64,000 nucleotides of DNA from Iphione sp. A-MEVVRFRX5 (taxonomy: Eukaryota): assembly GCA_976226885.1 (NCBI GenBank), contig OZ320322.1:25482001-25546000 (forward strand), written 5' to 3'. The notes under the pieces were generated by a model that was not told the DNA's origin, made no database searches, and worked only from the letters and a program-made list of their open reading frames with translations. This document shows positions 61,911 through 64,000 of the stretch, one piece after another. Each line of letters starts with the position of its first letter. The first letter of the stretch is position 1. The position numbers were made by a program, and so were the translations under genes.

Positions 61911-64000
61911 GTTTGTGGGGAGAGACAGCAAGAGCCCCTGCTATCTTCACTATGTCGCAGTTTCATTCTGCACGCGACAAGTATGCTACCTGAACCTTTC
62001 CTAGCAGGATCTGGTCCTTTCAATCTTCGCCTATGAAGTAATGGGCTAAAGTACGGAAGACTGAGATTTGCATTACAAACAGCACCCTGATCGCTTAACT
62101 GCATTATTTATGTACCTTACTTGCGAGCGTTATACAACACACTCATCGATTTCCTTTCCATACAACATAATTGCCATATAGGTTGCCTTTGTTCCCCTGA
62201 GAAAGAGTCAAGTGGCACGAATGTGTAGCACAAGTCCGGGAACAGGAAGAGGTCGTCATAGAGCCTGGATTCTCCCGTGAGAAACACGGACGCAATGATC
62301 GTTAAGTCTCTCCTGTTGTAAGCCGCACTTAATCCCAGTTAGGAAATATGTGAATGCTTTTTGATGCATGTTTCGTGCACTACTTTCTAATCCAGGTTAT
62401 AATATTCTAATAAAGGTTATGTAGAAATGTACCCGTTTAAATGGGTCTTTCTTTAATCACATAGAAGTTTCGTTGTTAGTGACTGGGAAGCTTGAGTACT
62501 GTGCAACAATGTATAGACTTTCCTACACGTCCTATATGATCTCTTTTTTCCGTAAAAAAAATCCCCCCTAGATCGCTTAAGCCGTGTATTATGTAGGTAT
62601 TTTCCCCTCGTGTGTCATCTTCGAGTGCGTCGTAATGGAGTGTAAATGTGAATGAAGTCGGGCTTCTTCGATGTATGAGACGTTAGGGACCAAAGCTAAA
62701 AGTAAATGCAACCAGAAAAGCCGACTGCATTCTAACGAGTAGTTTTCATCTCCGATTGTTTTTTTCCATTGAAAGGCAGCACCATGCAATATCAATTGCT
62801 TAATATTGAGAAAGAATCTTCATTACTAGAATAAGAGGTCTTCATGTTGAGAGATTTCAGACCGCGAGTCGCTTATCAATTTGGGAAAATTTCGCGAGAC
62901 TCGCAACTTCAGATTATTCACAACTTAGAGCATTTCAGGCAACGTCATAGATCATTTACATTATGATTCAATACTCCACATTAATCAGTACCTCAGCCTT
63001 GGAAGTAGCGAGGTAGGACTGTATTTGAATACTCGCCACATAAGAAATATACTCGATCTGTAACTGAATATGTATCCTCGAAAAGTTGTCTGATTGATGG
63101 GACTAGAAACCTACGGGCTGATTTCAGACCTGCTATTGCAGGGCGTCGATTCCCTGTTAGCATGGGAGAACAGTTGCCAACTTCTCACACAGCAGGTGGA
63201 CATTCTTCACTGGTCTATTAAGTTAGACTGCATGATGCTGGAATATAACAGGTCAATTATGCTCAAGCTGAGTTTTCAAGACAAAAATTTAACTCCATAA
63301 AAGTTGTGATATTTGCCCATTCGATTACTCATGGAAAATTAAATGAAGTTCCCTGTTTAAGTAGCGCAAGCGATATATGTGGGCTAGATTAGGCAATGCC
63401 GATTGACGCTTGGGCTGTTTGTCACTGCCAGAGAACCCGTGGTAAAGGGCCTACCTTGATGGTTCCCGGTAGCATGTTTGGGTGGAAAGTGTTCTAATGG
63501 CCGCGAATTGATCGCCTGCGATCCATTAATCACGAGGGGAGAGGAGGGTGAAGAGACCACACATGGACTCGAGTGGAGGCACTCTGTCCTTCTATGGAGA
63601 AGGAAGGCTTGGGCAAGAAAGTGTTCTTGTAGCCGGACCTGGTGGTCCAATTCAACAACAGTATGCTTCTAAATATGTATTTTAATGTGAAGTGTCATCA
63701 CGGAAGGTAGATGTCATGTACATACATGCTGCCAGGTGACAATTACAATGCTCTTTTATGACATATATAAATATGGTAATTTATATGTGGAGAGGGAGGT
63801 GTGTTTATATGTGTCTGTGCTTTAGTAGACTGGAAAGCTACCGTCAAGTCCTACTAATTACGAATAATTAGGTTGCCTTCTCGCAGTGATGAGCCGCGGA
63901 ATACCGCCGCTCGCCAGGAAATGTAGGGGGAATTCCTTTCCTGCCATATACTTTCATGGACGCCATTCAGCTATTCCTGCCCCCTCATCAAGGTTTTATC

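Noticed and set aside
61490-62100. CYACG zinc-knuckle-like and GGGV endonuclease-like fragments
   Set aside because: Too degenerate, and the Gly run is explained by the trinucleotide repeat.

Overview
Repeat-rich eukaryotic genomic DNA, about 40% GC. It is probably from a marine invertebrate, inferred from frequent TACATGTA motifs, a Meta-domain-like tRNA SINE, and CR1/L2-type LINEs. No host protein-coding gene could be identified with confidence, and most short ORFs in the track are noise or pieces of decayed transposons. The one long intact ORF (16701-18029, +, 442 aa) is a tyrosine recombinase (YR) with a complete R-K-HxxR-W-Y catalytic set. It sits in a compact 2.03-kb element (16530-18559) with the split-direct-repeat layout A1-ORF-B1-A2-spacer-B2 typical of Ngaro/PAT-type YR retrotransposons, but it has no gag, reverse transcriptase or RNase H. 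The element is bounded by a shared GATA core, as expected for recombinase-mediated integration of a circle. Its 5' leader contains a 12-mer that resembles the joined insertion-site flanks. The rest of the window holds four decayed LINE reverse-transcriptase remnants, a piggyBac transposase fragment, several MITEs (PIF/Harbinger-like with TAA/TTA duplications and Tc1/pogo-like), a tRNA-derived SINE, two LTR-like segments, mini- and microsatellites, palindrome clusters and a CpG-rich structured segment near 51.8-52.1 kb. All calls were made by eye; no database searches were run.
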